Shown: positions 14,467 through 27,577 of the stretch, piece after piece
Layout of the letters: each line of letters opens with the position of its first letter
Position numbering within the stretch: the stretch's first letter is position 1
Source: Octopus sinensis
Lineage: Eukaryota
DNA length: 64,000 nucleotides
Reading direction: 5' to 3'
Assembly: GCF_006345805.1 (NCBI RefSeq)
Contig: NC_043011.1
Location: 49,736,464 to 49,800,463, forward strand
Translations under genes and position numbers: made by a program
Notes under the pieces: generated by a model
The model's input: the letters and a program-made list of their open reading frames with translations, nothing else
What the model was told of the DNA's origin: nothing
Database searches by the model: none

Positions 14467-15544
14467 TACAGAGTAAGGTAACCATATATCTTTGTTAACC
14501 AAATGTAAAATAAATCTAAAACCAAGTTTATAAAGTTAATACTTTACACAGTTAACTAAATCAAAGGCTTAAATAATCAGGAAAAACAGATTAATATTTA
14601 TGCTTATAAAAAGGTAAAAATAACAAGACAAGAATTTATCATTCCCTTTACAGTTGACAATCCAGAAAGAAAATTAATTTGATAAACCAAACTAAATTAT
14701 AAAAGTGACAGCTAAAGCAAGTGAGCTGGTAAACTCATGGAAAAAATAGAGCTAATGTATTGTTGAATCAAACTCGAATTGCCAAAAAGAGTTAGCAAAG
14801 TATATTGAAAATGTATTTTCTGTTTTAAACAAAAATGATTTTATAATATATTTTGTTATATTCAATTAAACATAGTTCAATATTAAATTCTACGCTAATT
14901 AAATTAAGTATATAATACTTAAATTAAGTATATAATTTCGTGGCCAATTATTGAAATGTTAAATTCATTAATAATTCAATAGTTGTATAAAAGTGCATAT
15001 AAGAATGATTTTATCTAGTTTTCTAATAAATTGTGTGTTTGTTTTCGGGGTATACTCAGTCTCTCACCTCCCTCTTAATCGCCCATCTTAGTTTGAATAC
15101 TTCTCAAAGCCCGTAAGGTTTTTTGAAAATAAACCCTGTACTCGTATGTGAAAAAAAAATGGTTTCCTGACCGCTTGGGTTCAGTTTGAATGATTGATCA
15201 ATGATTTAACTTGGTGGATCGACCTTTCGGTTTTTGCCTCTGACGCTATGGACCTAGACAGACTATTTTTTGATAATTATAGTAACTTATAAAAACTTAG
15301 GTCAAATGAAGTAAAAAAGAAGTAGATACTTGCTTGCACACTAACGATGCAGAAAAATATAATTAAACATGCAACTACGGAATCAAGAGCAGAAGTAGGA
15401 TGAGTCCTCGGGGCGATTTGTTCGACTAAAAACCTTTCAAGGCGGTGCTGTACGATGGCCGCAGGAAAATGACTGAAACAAGTTAAAAAAATATAAGAAT
15501 AAAAGAATAAAGGAATAAACGGCTATAGACGGTCTCTGATATCT

Positions 15545-16045
15545 GGCAGCTGCTCTTTGCTAGGGATGGTCATGTGGACAGGCATATGTAGTGCTCATTC
15601 AAATCATAATCTCACGCTTGATAGCTTCGAGCATCACATCACGGTACCCAGCTACAACTGGGGGTTAAACCAAGTGAAAGAATGGTATTAATATCGCACC
15701 AATAAGCATAAGACTCCGAGTAAGACTTCCAAATGAGTCACCGGGTGAATGAACCTGCTCGGGTCAACGGCCAAATATTCGAGGCCAAGCTGTGTCTCAG
15801 GCAGCAGAGCGGCATATGGTTGTGGCTAACAGCTAAGAGAAGAACTGGTGCTGCCATGATACATTAATCATTATGACAACCAGACCAGAACCCGTCGATA
15901 AGGTTAACAACAAAGAGGGGCCAGGGCTGAATTCCGCCGACAGACAGAGGGCGGCTGAAGACCAAGGGAAGTGTTGAAATCTGAATGCGACAACTTCAAC
16001 GAATGCTCAAAAGACTACATGGTCAGGAGATAGGAACGAAAGACG
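15545..16045 (+). mobile_element. Putative 5' UTR and ORF start of a non-LTR retrotransposon (uncertain)
   Basis: GC-richer island; interrupted frame MTTRPEPVDK...RAAEDQGKC*...TTWSGDRNE; partial HDV-like ribozyme motif at 15757-15834. Confidence 0.3.
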
Positions 16046-16506
16046 ATATATAAATGGCTATTTATAGTTTATATTCCTGTAATTAAGGGGAAAATATACG
16101 TGTAATATATGAATCAATAATTAATAAAGAAAAATCAATACAACAAATGAAATATTTAATTTCTTAATATAGTTCTTGCTATAAGTAACTGACCTTTGGT
16201 TTTAGAACATTACCTGAACATTAACAAAATATATTTTTATCTCCTGCAGACCTCATTTAACGATTGGCCGAAATAATTTAATCAAAGATCTTAATCGATA
16301 AAAGCTGAACTAGGATTAGACGGTAGCTATATGGACAATATGACAACCGTCAATTCCTCAGTGCTACCCCTCTTAACACTACTAAAGTTATATATTAAAT
16401 TCTACCAGATCGTGAATGTTAAAAGGAATAGGACATCAGAAAAGCAATCTCATAAAATGATGTTGACATACAACGAACAACCGACGGCTTCTTATGTTCT
16501 TATGTG

Positions 16507-16585
<79 letters not shown>

Positions 16586-16689
16586 CGATCGATAGTGTTC
16601 GTTGTCGGATCGGCTTGTAAGTCAATCTCCTTTTTTTATTGTTTTTTGCAAAAGTTTCATTTCAAATTTTCGCGTACGGAGTGTGTAAG

Positions 16690-16942
16690 ACACCCAACTT
16701 TCGTCTGGTTGTGTTTTCCGGAGGGGATTTTGCCCCTAGGGGCAATTTCAGCGTTGTTTATATATAGAATTTTTGCTTCTCTAGCTTATATTTACATAAT
16801 GTCGCCGACGCGTTCCTCATAACGCATAGACGCCGTTCTCTCTCTGTTAGTTCTATTTGTTTACATTTTCGGAGTTTTGAACTTTTCAAACACCCAACTC
16901 TCGTTTGGGTGTTTTTAAATGTGGAATTTGCCCCTAGGGGCA
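16690..16942. promoter_or_regulatory. Duplicated module: ACACCCAA hairpin plus 14-bp palindrome TGCCCCTAGGGGCA, upstream of an ORF1-like frame
   Basis: Palindrome at 16731-16744 and 16929-16942; hairpin AAACACCCAA...TTGGGTGTTT at 16888-16914, degenerate copy at 16690; regulatory role is inference. Confidence 0.4.
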
Positions 16943-17043
16943 TTTTCATCAACTTTTCAATAATTGATTTTTATTTCTCGATAAAAAATGTCGAGAAATC
17001 TTGTCGTTGAGCAGTATTCTGCGATTTTTTTTCTGAGAAGCAT

Positions 17044-17842
17044 TTTCCTACTTTGGGAAAGACAGAAGAAAGAAGAATTGTCGAGTCAGTCAACAGAGAC
17101 GCTGCTACAAAGAATGATAAGAATTTAATCAACACCATCAACACCAAAACTACCACATCTGACAACTTCACTGGTACAATGTCGAGTATGGCTATGCGAA
17201 ACCACGAAGCCGACTTCCCGCCTCTACCAATGCCAGAGGCGAAGGAAGCTGAAAACAAAGCTGTTCCGCGTGAACGCACACAGCCCTTAGAAAGCGATTC
17301 TGCTACTACTGTTTCTGCCATTAGCTCTACCACTGCTACCACCACCGCCACCACCGCCATCACCACCACAACCAACACAAATGCCGAAAAAAAAATTTTG
17401 CCGCTGCTTTAAAGCTGAAAAAAAAAATACTTACGTATCTTTTTCGAAGGACGAACTACTTGACTGCAAAGGAATGCTAAAAGAAAACAAGTTCAGCATA
17501 CAGCTACAGACACCTCAAGACATCACAGAAAAAAATCGAAAAAAACCCTCTCAATTATCTACAAAACATTCAACCTCAAAACAAGGATATACGAAAAGGC
17601 CACACAAGAAAATGTCGAAAAAATGTTTAAAACCCATATGGGCCTTTAAAACCTATATCGCAAGAGGCAACAAATTTGCCACCATTGAAGTGCGATTCGA
17701 TAGTGAAGAAAGAGCCAAGGACCTCTCCACAAATTCCCTCCAATTCGAAAACTTAGTAATGATACCTACATACCTTGGCCGTAAGGTTGCAAAAATTAAA
17801 ATAAAAAATGTTATATTGTATATCCAACCTACCAGGATATAA
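17044..17842 (+). pseudogene. Frameshifted ORF resembling a non-LTR retrotransposon ORF1 (RNA-binding) fragment
   Basis: Non-microsatellite ORFs 17053-17412 and 17381-17842; segment FATIEVRFDSEERAKDL...IPTYLGRKVAKIKIKNV is RRM/ORF1-like by eye only. Confidence 0.4.
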
Positions 17843-17977
17843 AAGTGGTGACGAGTTATTCGAAGCTTGCGTTGGTCGTTTGAAATTTTTGTTTTGGTAC
17901 GAAACCAAAGAAAACCTCGTTTAACACGGAGAACTTATTAGCCTCCGTGGTGCAGTTGCAACAGCAACAGCAGCAGT

Positions 17978-18517
17978 GGAGACGCAATGGCCCAGAGGTT
18001 AGGGCAGCGGACTCGCGGTCGTAAGAACGCGGTTTCGATTCCCAGATCGGGCATTGTGAGTGTTCATTGAGCAAAAACACCTAAGCTCCAAGAGGATACG
18101 GCGGTATGGGGGTGAACCCCACTGTACTCTTTCAGCACAACTTTCTCTCACTTTTTCTTTCTGCTTCTGCTACAAAGCAGAGGAACCATGGTGTAACCCA
18201 CTATGGTGTGGTAAACTTTCAGACCCTGGTCTAGATTGCGAATCATCTGTACCCCCGGATGGTTCAGCTCTCCACCCGTTAAAAGCCACCGTTTATGGAA
18301 TGAGGATAACAACGCAGCTTCCGCGCCCGTGCAACCGCCAGTCTATCGCGTGTGGTGGGTGGATCTTCAAGTTGCCGCACGCATTCTCTGTAGCTTAGAG
18401 TAGGCTCGAATTAGGGATTTATTCTTTGTGGCTAATGGCGTGAGTCCTGACTGGAAGAAGAAGAAGAAGAAGAAGAAGAAGAAAGAAGAAGAAAAGAAGA
18501 AGAAGAAGAAGAAGGAG
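17978..18517 (+). mobile_element. SINE family B head joined to a third, unrelated ~290-bp body with (GAA)n tail
   Basis: Head GGAGACGCAATGGCCCAGAGGTTAGGGCAGCGG; diverges after ctttctctcact; possible TSD acagcagca at 17967-17975 and 18518-18526. Confidence 0.6.
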
Positions 18518-18541
18518 ACAGCAGCAACAATAATGGTAACT

Positions 18542-18925
18542 GGATGGAAGCACTCCGTCGGTTACGACGATGAGGGTTCCGGTTGATCCGAATCAACGGA
18601 ACAGCCTGCTCGTGAAATTAACGTGTAAGTGGCTGAGCACTCCAGAGACACGTGCACCCTTAACGTAGTTCTCGGGGATATTCAGCGTGACACAGAGAGT
18701 GACAAGGCCGGCCCCTTGAAATACAGGTACAACAGAAAGTAAGAGTGAGAGAAAGTTGTGATGAAAGAGTACAGCAGGGATCACCACCATCCCATACCGG
18801 AGCCTCGTGGAGCTTTTTAGGTGTTTTCGCTCAATAAACACTCACAACGCCCGGTCTGGGAATCGAAACCGCGAGCCTATGACCGCGATTCCGCTGCCCT
18901 AACCACTGGACCATTGCGCCTCCAC
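18542..18925 (-). mobile_element. Full-length SINE family B, tail type 1
   Basis: Reverse complement of 8628-9013; TSD TAATGGTAACT at 18531-18541 and 18926-18936. Confidence 0.92.
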
Positions 18926-19019
18926 TAATGGTAACTACACCAGCAGCAATAACAGTTACAGCAGCAGTTAAAACAGCAACAACAGCCACAGCAACAACAA
19001 AAAATAAAACCAACTGTTA

Positions 19020-19190
19020 CTGGAATTAATGTTGAAGAAGTCTGAAAATACTTCAGCTTCGTACTCGCCAGACAGCGTAGTAAACTCAGTTGAAGAATTC
19101 AGCTATAATCCTGAAGAAGGGATTAACTTCTCTGCATATTTTAGAACATACGAAGAAATCTTCAAAGGAGAACGCCAAAATTGGGCTTGT
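19020..19190 (+). mobile_element. Ty3/Gypsy-type gag N-terminal fragment
   Basis: YSPDSVVNSVEEFSYNPEEGINFSAYFRTYEEIF resembles the EFxYxPExxxTFxxWFxRYEDxF motif of K02A2.6-like polyproteins. Confidence 0.6.
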
Positions 19191-19387
19191 TATGCTATGT
19201 GGGCAGAGCCTTAGGATTGGATGAAGGCACCATACGTGATATAAAATGCTGTCTCAGTTGTTTTTCCTCACATGAAACTATCAGTACCTCATAAATAATA
19301 TCTACTGCGTTCATTAAATAATATTTAGCGCTCTCAAAGTAGAGTACTCTTTGTTGATCTTAACATCTCGAAACTGTACACCATATA

Positions 19388-19500
<113 letters not shown>

Positions 19501-19862
19501 TGTGTGTGTGTGTGTGTAGACACACGCACAGATGTAAGAGTGCCGGTCTCAAAAAGTTAAAAAGTGAAGATGAGAGAGAATTTTTAAGTGAAAACCGATC
19601 ACAGACTCAACTTACAGCTCAATTTTGAACAAGACATACACGGCCATAGAGGACCATGCTTGCACATATATGTGCATATGCATGAGTGTGTTCGGTGAGT
19701 GCGTGTGCATGTGTGTGTGTGTGTGTGTGCTTGTGTGTAAACACATATGTCTATATATTCGCAAATATGTATTGCAAATGTTCCTTTTATCATTGCTTGC
19801 CAAATCGCACCTAACTAAACACATATAAAGCTCTCGGACAGCTGTTCAATCAAACACACACA

Positions 19863-19913
<51 letters not shown>

Positions 19914-19950
19914 AACACACATGTTGATAAATATTGACAGACTGATACAC

Positions 19951-19990
<40 letters not shown>

Positions 19991-20199
19991 GCATACACAC
20001 ACACACACACATATATATATATACGTACATATGTACATATAAACATACAGGTACATATACATCAACCCATACATTCAAATAAATATAGATCAACATATAC
20101 ATATATACACACATACATACATGCACATATATATATATACCCTATATACACGATAAAAGTACACAATAGAACCGATGTACTGTCTCTCTCTCTCACACA

Positions 20200-20333
20200 C
20201 ATATATACATTTTATATATCTTCATACAGGTATATGTATATATATATATTTGTGTGTATGTGTGTGTGTGTATATATATATATATATGCCTGCATGTAGG
20301 TATATAAATACATATATATATGTATGCGTACAA

Positions 20334-20381
<48 letters not shown>

Positions 20382-20492
20382 TTATACGCATGTACATATA
20401 TGTATGTATATATATATTTATATGTAGATATATATATGTATATATACATATATATATATGCACGTATATGTATATATATATATATATGTATA

Positions 20493-20524
<32 letters not shown>

Positions 20525-20558
20525 CACATATATGTATATATATGTATATATATGTATA

Positions 20559-20589
<31 letters not shown>

Positions 20590-20618
20590 CTATATATATA
20601 TATATATATATATATATC

Positions 20619-20650
<32 letters not shown>

Positions 20651-20985
20651 GATGTATACATAATAAATTGCTCATCTCCTATGTTTTGTTTATCTCTCAG
20701 TTTCTCCGTATTGATCGGTATAGACCAATGAAGAATTAATGGAAAGTGTACACGCAGCACTCGTCTTCGGAGACGTTATATACCCACTCAACCCACTACC
20801 CACTTACTACCTTCACACTCACAACACCATACCTAACAGTAGCAGCACTTATTAACGTATATTTTACACTCTCTTTAACGATAAGCATGTATGCCTACAT
20901 AAATATACACTCGTATACATGTAGGCATACATATATATTCGTATATTCGTATGTACAGGCAAATAGACATATATATGTATATATA

Positions 20986-21056
<71 letters not shown>

Positions 21057-21241
21057 TAGCATGTATGTATACATATGTATATATATATATATGTATAAGT
21101 GTATATATCTACTCATGTACATGTGTGTGCATTTATGTTCATAGAAACAAGAACACACTTATAAGCGTATATATATATACGTATATATATTATATTATAT
21201 ATATATATATTATATATATATAATGCATATACACACATACT

Positions 21242-21274
<33 letters not shown>

Positions 21275-21356
21275 GTGTGTATATATAATGAAACGTATAC
21301 GTATATGCGTTACATTAATTATAAGTATCTGTATACACACACAGACACGTATAGCT

Positions 21357-21411
<55 letters not shown>

Positions 21412-21640
21412 GTATATATATATATAAACATACATATATATATATAACTTATACATACACATATATTGTACACGTAAAACTACACACACACACACATACA
21501 TATATACTAATATATACATTTATATTATACATATAGATAAACTTCCATATATATACCATACACACATGCCCGCACATACACAAGCACACACACACACACA
21601 CACACACGCACACACATACACATACACACACATAGACGCA

Positions 21641-21688
<48 letters not shown>

Positions 21689-21690
21689 GA
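20200..21690. repeat. Long compound (AT)n/(ATGT)n/(AC)n microsatellite region
   Basis: Directly visible. Confidence 0.9.
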
Positions 21691-22141
21691 ATTGGCAAAG
21701 CTAAAATGTGTGTACACATCTAAAGAGGTATAGTCAGGACCCAGTATTGTGTTTCTAATCACTTTATACGGAGTCTTGTTTTGTCCTTTTTTCTTTACCC
21801 ATGTGGTCGATAATAAATCTACTGGACTGGATAAAGCTGAATCGATAAGCTAAGCATGCAATACTCATCTTCTATGTAAACACCTCTTCCTCACGAAGAA
21901 CTTTTGTCGCTAACCTGACAAGGAGTCTGATAAAGATGGCGTCAAAGTTATTTTTATATCGGTCGACCATTTTGATGTCGCTTTTTAGCCATTTCCGCCA
22001 ATGTGACTTCATTCATATGCGCGCACACATACCCACATACAATCATATACACATAAGTAGCGATTCTAATTACACCTGTCATTTATCTATCTATCTATCT
22101 ATCTATCTATCAGTCTCTCTCTATCTCTCAATCAAACTGGC

Positions 22142-22173
<32 letters not shown>

Positions 22174-22364
22174 TGCCATTATTCTGTTCTATTTCAAGAT
22201 TTCTTGCCTATAAAGTGCCGGTTTCTAAACTAAACCGAATTTCAACATCAACAACAGGAAATTGTTTTTTTATATATGTATGTATATGTGCAGATTTGTA
22301 TGCTTTGTTTTATGTATGTATTCTCATGCATATAGTTGCATATCTAGAAATGCTCATATATATT

Positions 22365-23885
22365 TAAATAATAAATTTCTGGAAAGTTTTACAGATTTTT
22401 ACAGTTTCAGTGATGGATTGGGTCTGTCGTTTTCGAATTAGCTTACCCCTTTCTGGTTTTGAGAAGCCTAATTTCTCAAGATTGGTATTTAGGTAGTGTG
22501 TTACATATCCAAGGGCCCCAATAATTACAGATATAAACCTGAACTTTTAATCTAGATAGAGTAGCTGCAGATTGCTCAATGGCCCAGCGTAGGTATTCTC
22601 TTTTTCACTTATCTTCAGCTTTTTATTAGCATCCGCTTGGTAGTTAATTTCCACAATCGTACACAGTTTCTCTTCTCTGTTCCAAATCATTATATCAGGT
22701 CTGTTGTGCTTACATATTATCGAGGTCTTCACTGGGACATTCCACCAGTACTCCTTTTTATTATAAGCGGCTTTGGCTTCTACCATACTGTGGGTTCTTA
22801 TTTCTTTGTCCTCGGGCTGATCCTTCCGACGGATTTCATTATAAAGTGTCCTAACTACAATATCATGCCTCATCAGTAGGTAATATCGTGATGACATTTT
22901 CGGACAACTGCTTATGATGTGGGTGATATCTTCCGTATTAACTCCACAAATTCTGCATCGGTTATCACATTTTACTGCTTTTCCTGCATCTCTATCCCTT
23001 TTGTGCATAAAATATTTGGTTGATATTTCCTGTTCCTGTATTGCAAACGCATACCCTTCAAATGTGGAGGTAGTAATCTTACTACTAGTCCATGATAGGC
23101 TGCTTTGATTATCAATGCTACTATAATCCCGGAGCTTTCTACTGACATATCCATGCTTAATCCTCTGCTCATATAGGCCCATCCTTTCATCTGATGATAC
23201 GTTGCGGTAGGGTTGTGCGACTTCTTCGGTTATCAAACAAGGAATGTTGCTCCAGAGTTAGGGTTAGGGTTAGGGAGCTGCCTTCCAACTTTTATAATGT
23301 TATCAGCCTCATATATGCAGACTTGGTCAAGGGATGCAATTCGAGACTTGGTGGTTAAAGATGTTGCTGAAGGGATATGTTACGATATTCAAAGGCATTT
23401 TGGATCGATGTTAAGCCTCTGTTGCCTTGTTTTCCTTTTAGGTGAAGGCAGTCTACGTCACTGTTTATGTGGAAATTATGTGTGCCTCTTAGTATTTTTG
23501 GGGTTTTCACATCAATGACTCGGATTTCATCAAGCGACCGATCAAGCAGCCCAAATATTGGTATGAGTACTGACACTGCAAACGCATCGTGGGCCACTGT
23601 TTTATTGAATGCACAGAATTGAGGTCCAAATTTCTTTATTCATTTATTCCAACATTCAAATATCCGAAGGTTGATGAACAAACTAAATTTGTTTCTCCAT
23701 TTTCTTATTTGTATTATAAATTTACGGTAAAAATATTTCTTTACCTTCACCCGTTTAATACAATAAATGAGTTAATTGCATTGCAATTAAAGAGATTTAT
23801 GTATTAAGAATCTGGGTACTTTACCAAAGAATATTGGATAAATGCTATCCCATAGTGGGTTACACCCATAATCCCTATCTTACTT
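22365..23885 (-). mobile_element. 5'-truncated R4/Dong-like non-LTR retrotransposon (RT end, CCHC knuckle, restriction-like endonuclease)
   Basis: Peptides NFHINSDVDCLHL...GNRGL, FAIQEQEI, CRICGVNTEDITHIISSC, RHD, HNRPDIMIW...IVEI and VIIGALG; frameshifts and stops. Confidence 0.9.
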
Positions 23886-23890
23886 TGTAG

Positions 23891-24626
23891 TATATATATA
23901 TATATACAGGGTGCGTAAGGTATTTGAGGCCATACCTTTTTGGGTCATTGCTACATTTTTTGCTAACTCTGTATAATCTTTGTTACAGAAAATAATAACG
24001 GCAGACACTCAACTTACTCAAGAAATGAAGCGGCATGTTGTTATTGTGGTTATAAGCGTTGAGCATAGCGATTCAGAAATATCTCGAGTTTTAAAAGTTG
24101 CCAGGTCTTTCGTCTACAAAGTTTGTAAGGAGCTACAGACTGAAAATGGAAACGTATCGCCAGTATATATTTGTAATATACCATATGTCACTGATGTATA
24201 TGTGTACGTGTATGTATATGTGAGGGCGTGTGTATACACACATGCATTTTTGTCTCTACAATCAAGTATATATCTATGTATTTATGTATTAAACGTGTTT
24301 TTCTACAAGGCTTTTGTAAATACATATGTATACGTACATATAAGGACACACACATAAGTATGCATGTATACACGTGTGTGTGTTTGTAGGTGTGTGCGTG
24401 CGCGTGTGCCTGTGCGTATGTGGGTGTGTGTTGTATTTGTGTAAATTGTAAATCGCTGTACGGTCTTAAGTCCTTTAAAAGGATGTAAATCTCTAAAGAA
24501 ACGTACTGCAAATAAACAGCTACTTCATCAATAATCGATCGGTATCAATAATCGAACGGTATTAATATATCCACACTAAGTTCTAGTGTGACCGTTTCCA
24601 ATCGTAGAAGCTGAAGAAATATTGAA

Positions 24627-24664
<38 letters not shown>

Positions 24665-25390
24665 TATATACAGGGTGCGTAAGGTATTTGAGGCCATACC
24701 TTTTTGGGTCATTGCTACATTTTTTGCTAACTCTGTATAATCTTTGTTACAGAAAATAATAACGGCAGACACTCAACTTACTCAAGAAATGAAGCGGCAT
24801 GTTGTTATTGTGGTTATAAGCGTTGAGCATAGCGATTCAGAAATATCTCGAGTTTTAAAAGTTGCCAGGTCTTTCGTCTACAAAGTTTGTAAGGAGCTAC
24901 AGACTGAAAATGGAAACGTATCGCCAGTATATATTTGTATATATACCATATGTCACTGATGTATATGTGTACGTGTATGTATATGTGAGGGCGTGTGTAT
25001 ACACACATGCATTTTTGTCTCTACAATCAAGTATATATCTATGTATTTATGTATTAAACGTGTTTTTCTACAAGGCTTTTGTAAATACATATGTATACGT
25101 ACATATAAGGACACACACATAAGTATGCATGTATACACGTGTGTGTGTTTGTAGGTGTGTGCGTGCGCGTGTGCCTGTGCGTATGTGGGTGTGTGTTGTA
25201 TTTGTGTAAATTGTAAATCGCTGTACGGTCTTAAGTCTTTAAAAGGATGTAAATCTCTAAAGAAACGTACTGCAAATAAACAGCTACTTCATCAATAATC
25301 GATCGGTATCAATAATCGAACGGTATTAATATATCCACACTAAGTTCTAGTGTGACCGTTTCCAATCGTAGAAGCTGAAGAAATATTGAA

Positions 25391-25428
<38 letters not shown>

Positions 25429-25440
25429 TATATATACATA
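23891..25440. repeat. Near-identical tandem duplication with 764-bp period
   Basis: Units start TACAGGGTGCG at 23907 and 24671; only a few single-base differences seen; both ends lie in (AT)n. Confidence 0.92.
23907..24165 (+). mobile_element. Tc1/mariner 5' end (second copy at 24671-24930)
   Basis: TA then CAGGGTG terminus; HTH-like peptide MKRHVVIVVISVEHSDSEISRVLKVARSFVYKV. Confidence 0.7.
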
Positions 25441-25445
25441 TATCG

Positions 25446-25655
25446 TTAATCCAAACATAAAAACACAAAGAGAAAACACAACAACGCGAGGACGTGGAAC
25501 AAGTATAGTGTTATTGGACGCTCAGGAAAGGAAAGTAAGAAAGAGGATTTAACGTTTCGAGCGGAGCTCTTCGTCAGAAACATAGGAAAAGGAAAGATCC
25601 AAGGAAGGGAATACGGAGGAAAAAAATCGCCAACGATACACACGCGGTAACACAT
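25446..25655 (-). mobile_element. PLE terminal-repeat-like element; related copy at 60141-60328
   Basis: Shared gttaatccaaaca...gacgtggaaca...gacgctcaggaaag...aacgtttcgagcggagctcttcgtc; carries a hammerhead motif. Confidence 0.7.
25547..25581 (-). ncRNA. Minimal type I hammerhead motif, GUU triplet, palindromic stem III
   Basis: GUUU CUGACGA A GAGC-UCC-GCUC GAA ACGU U AAAU; extra A after A9. Confidence 0.6.
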
Positions 25656-26879
25656 ACACACGCACACACACACACACACACATATATATACACACACACA
25701 TACTTTCATACATACAGACAGATGGATTTGACGGATGGGTGGATGGATGAATGGATGGATGGATGAATGGATGGATGGATGTGCATATGTAAGCGTATAT
25801 TATTATGTGTGTGTGCGTGTGGCCGAATATATAAGAAATCACTATGTGACCAAGAGGACACAGGTTCAATTCCAATCCGTGGTATCTTAGACAAATGTAA
25901 TTTTATGATGGCAACGGGTGGCTTCATAGCCTGTGAGTGGAATGGGGTAGACTGAATCTGTATAGAAACCTGTCTCTTGATCTGTACCTGTAATTTAGAT
26001 GATATAGTCTCGTCACATATTTCGTATTGTTGTGGCTCTACCTTTGAATCACACTAAAGTTACACATGTCTATGAAATACTCAGCCACTTACACATTTAT
26101 TGCTGGACAGGTAATGCAGTTGACCGAACAACTAAATCCTCATTCACGAAACCTTCATGCTTACTCTTCTCTCTCTCTATCTCTCTTTCTTTCTCTCCTC
26201 CTACTTATATTTCTCCCTTCCACCTTCATACACTGTTCCTCGCTTCTCTTCTCTCTCTTTCTCTCTCTCTATTTCTTCCACTTTCGTCACCCTCCCTCCC
26301 TCTTTCTCTTTGTCTCATTCCCTTGTCTCTGTCTCTTTCTCTTTCTTCCTTGCCCTCTCTCTGTCTCTCGCCTCTCTCTCTCTCTCTCTATCTCTCCCTC
26401 TCTGTGCTATCCTCCCTAAGGGGTTATTGGTCTGTACCATTAACAGGTTAAATAATACTATTTGAAATGAAACATACCAGAATAATTAAAATATTAATTA
26501 TTTCCTCACATGCTCATTTTCACACAGCATAATTATCTCTAATTAGCTATCGAATTTTTTCCTTCCAAAAAATATGCCAACACTGATTTGATTCCTTCTT
26601 TTCGTGGGGATTAATCCTCTCAGTAAAGCAATCTCTATTTAATTAAAACACATAAATTTTCTAAATTGATTCGTCGGAACCAGCAGCAAAAAAACTATTT
26701 TTTCTCCGAAAGAAAAATTCAAGAATTCTGAGTTTGCAACGAGAAAAAGGATCAGATATCTCAAACGGGCAGCTGGCCTGAGTGCTTGCAACAGAGTCAG
26801 CCTCGCTAAAGATACACAAAGGATGCACAAAACGAAACTGATCGCATCACTAAAGGAACCGTAGTTCTTCACTGAAGAC

Positions 26880-27010
26880 ACCTAGTTTGTGAAAACAGAA
26901 GAACGTATTAAGCATAACGTCTGTGGATAAGAATTTTCCGTTGATCACCTTGTAGTGTCTCATCATGTAAAGAAGTTCATGTACAAAGGTATTGGCGTGT
27001 CTGAGCTAAA
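26880..27010 (+). pseudogene. Possible decayed zinc-finger N-terminus of a hAT-type transposase
   Basis: IKHNVCG*EFSVDHLVVSHHVKK loosely resembles CxxCxxxFSIxHxGxxDxxxH; contains stops. Confidence 0.2.
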
Positions 27011-27509
27011 AGAAGACAAAAAAAACTTGCTCAAGATGTTAAGTATTTTGATCGTAATTTAAAACCTGTCCGTGCGAAGGAACACTTTGGACACAAGAAA
27101 ACAGTTAATGCGCGAAAACTAGCGCGAAATCTAGCGCCTTCTAGATTTCCATTGCATATTAAGAAAACATCAATAGACACGCGTAGTCGATATGTGAATT
27201 ATGTCAATGAGGGATACGCACATTCAAAATTGTATATAACACACACATACACTCACGCACACACGTATACGTATCCATATATATATATATACATATATGT
27301 GTATATATGTGCAAATATAGAACGATGCACATTAATGTATCAATGCAACACACACATACACACACACACACAAATATATATATATACACATATGTATACA
27401 CATACGTGCATCATGTGAGTGCTGATGTGTGTATATATATGTATTTGTGTGTGTGCGTGTATATGTGTGTTTGTACGTATGTAAGTATGTATGTAAGTAT
27501 GTATGTAAG

Positions 27510-27577
<68 letters not shown>

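Noticed and set aside
23258-23275. (TTAGGG)3 as an interstitial telomere
   Set aside because: Only three units, inside the LINE coding region.
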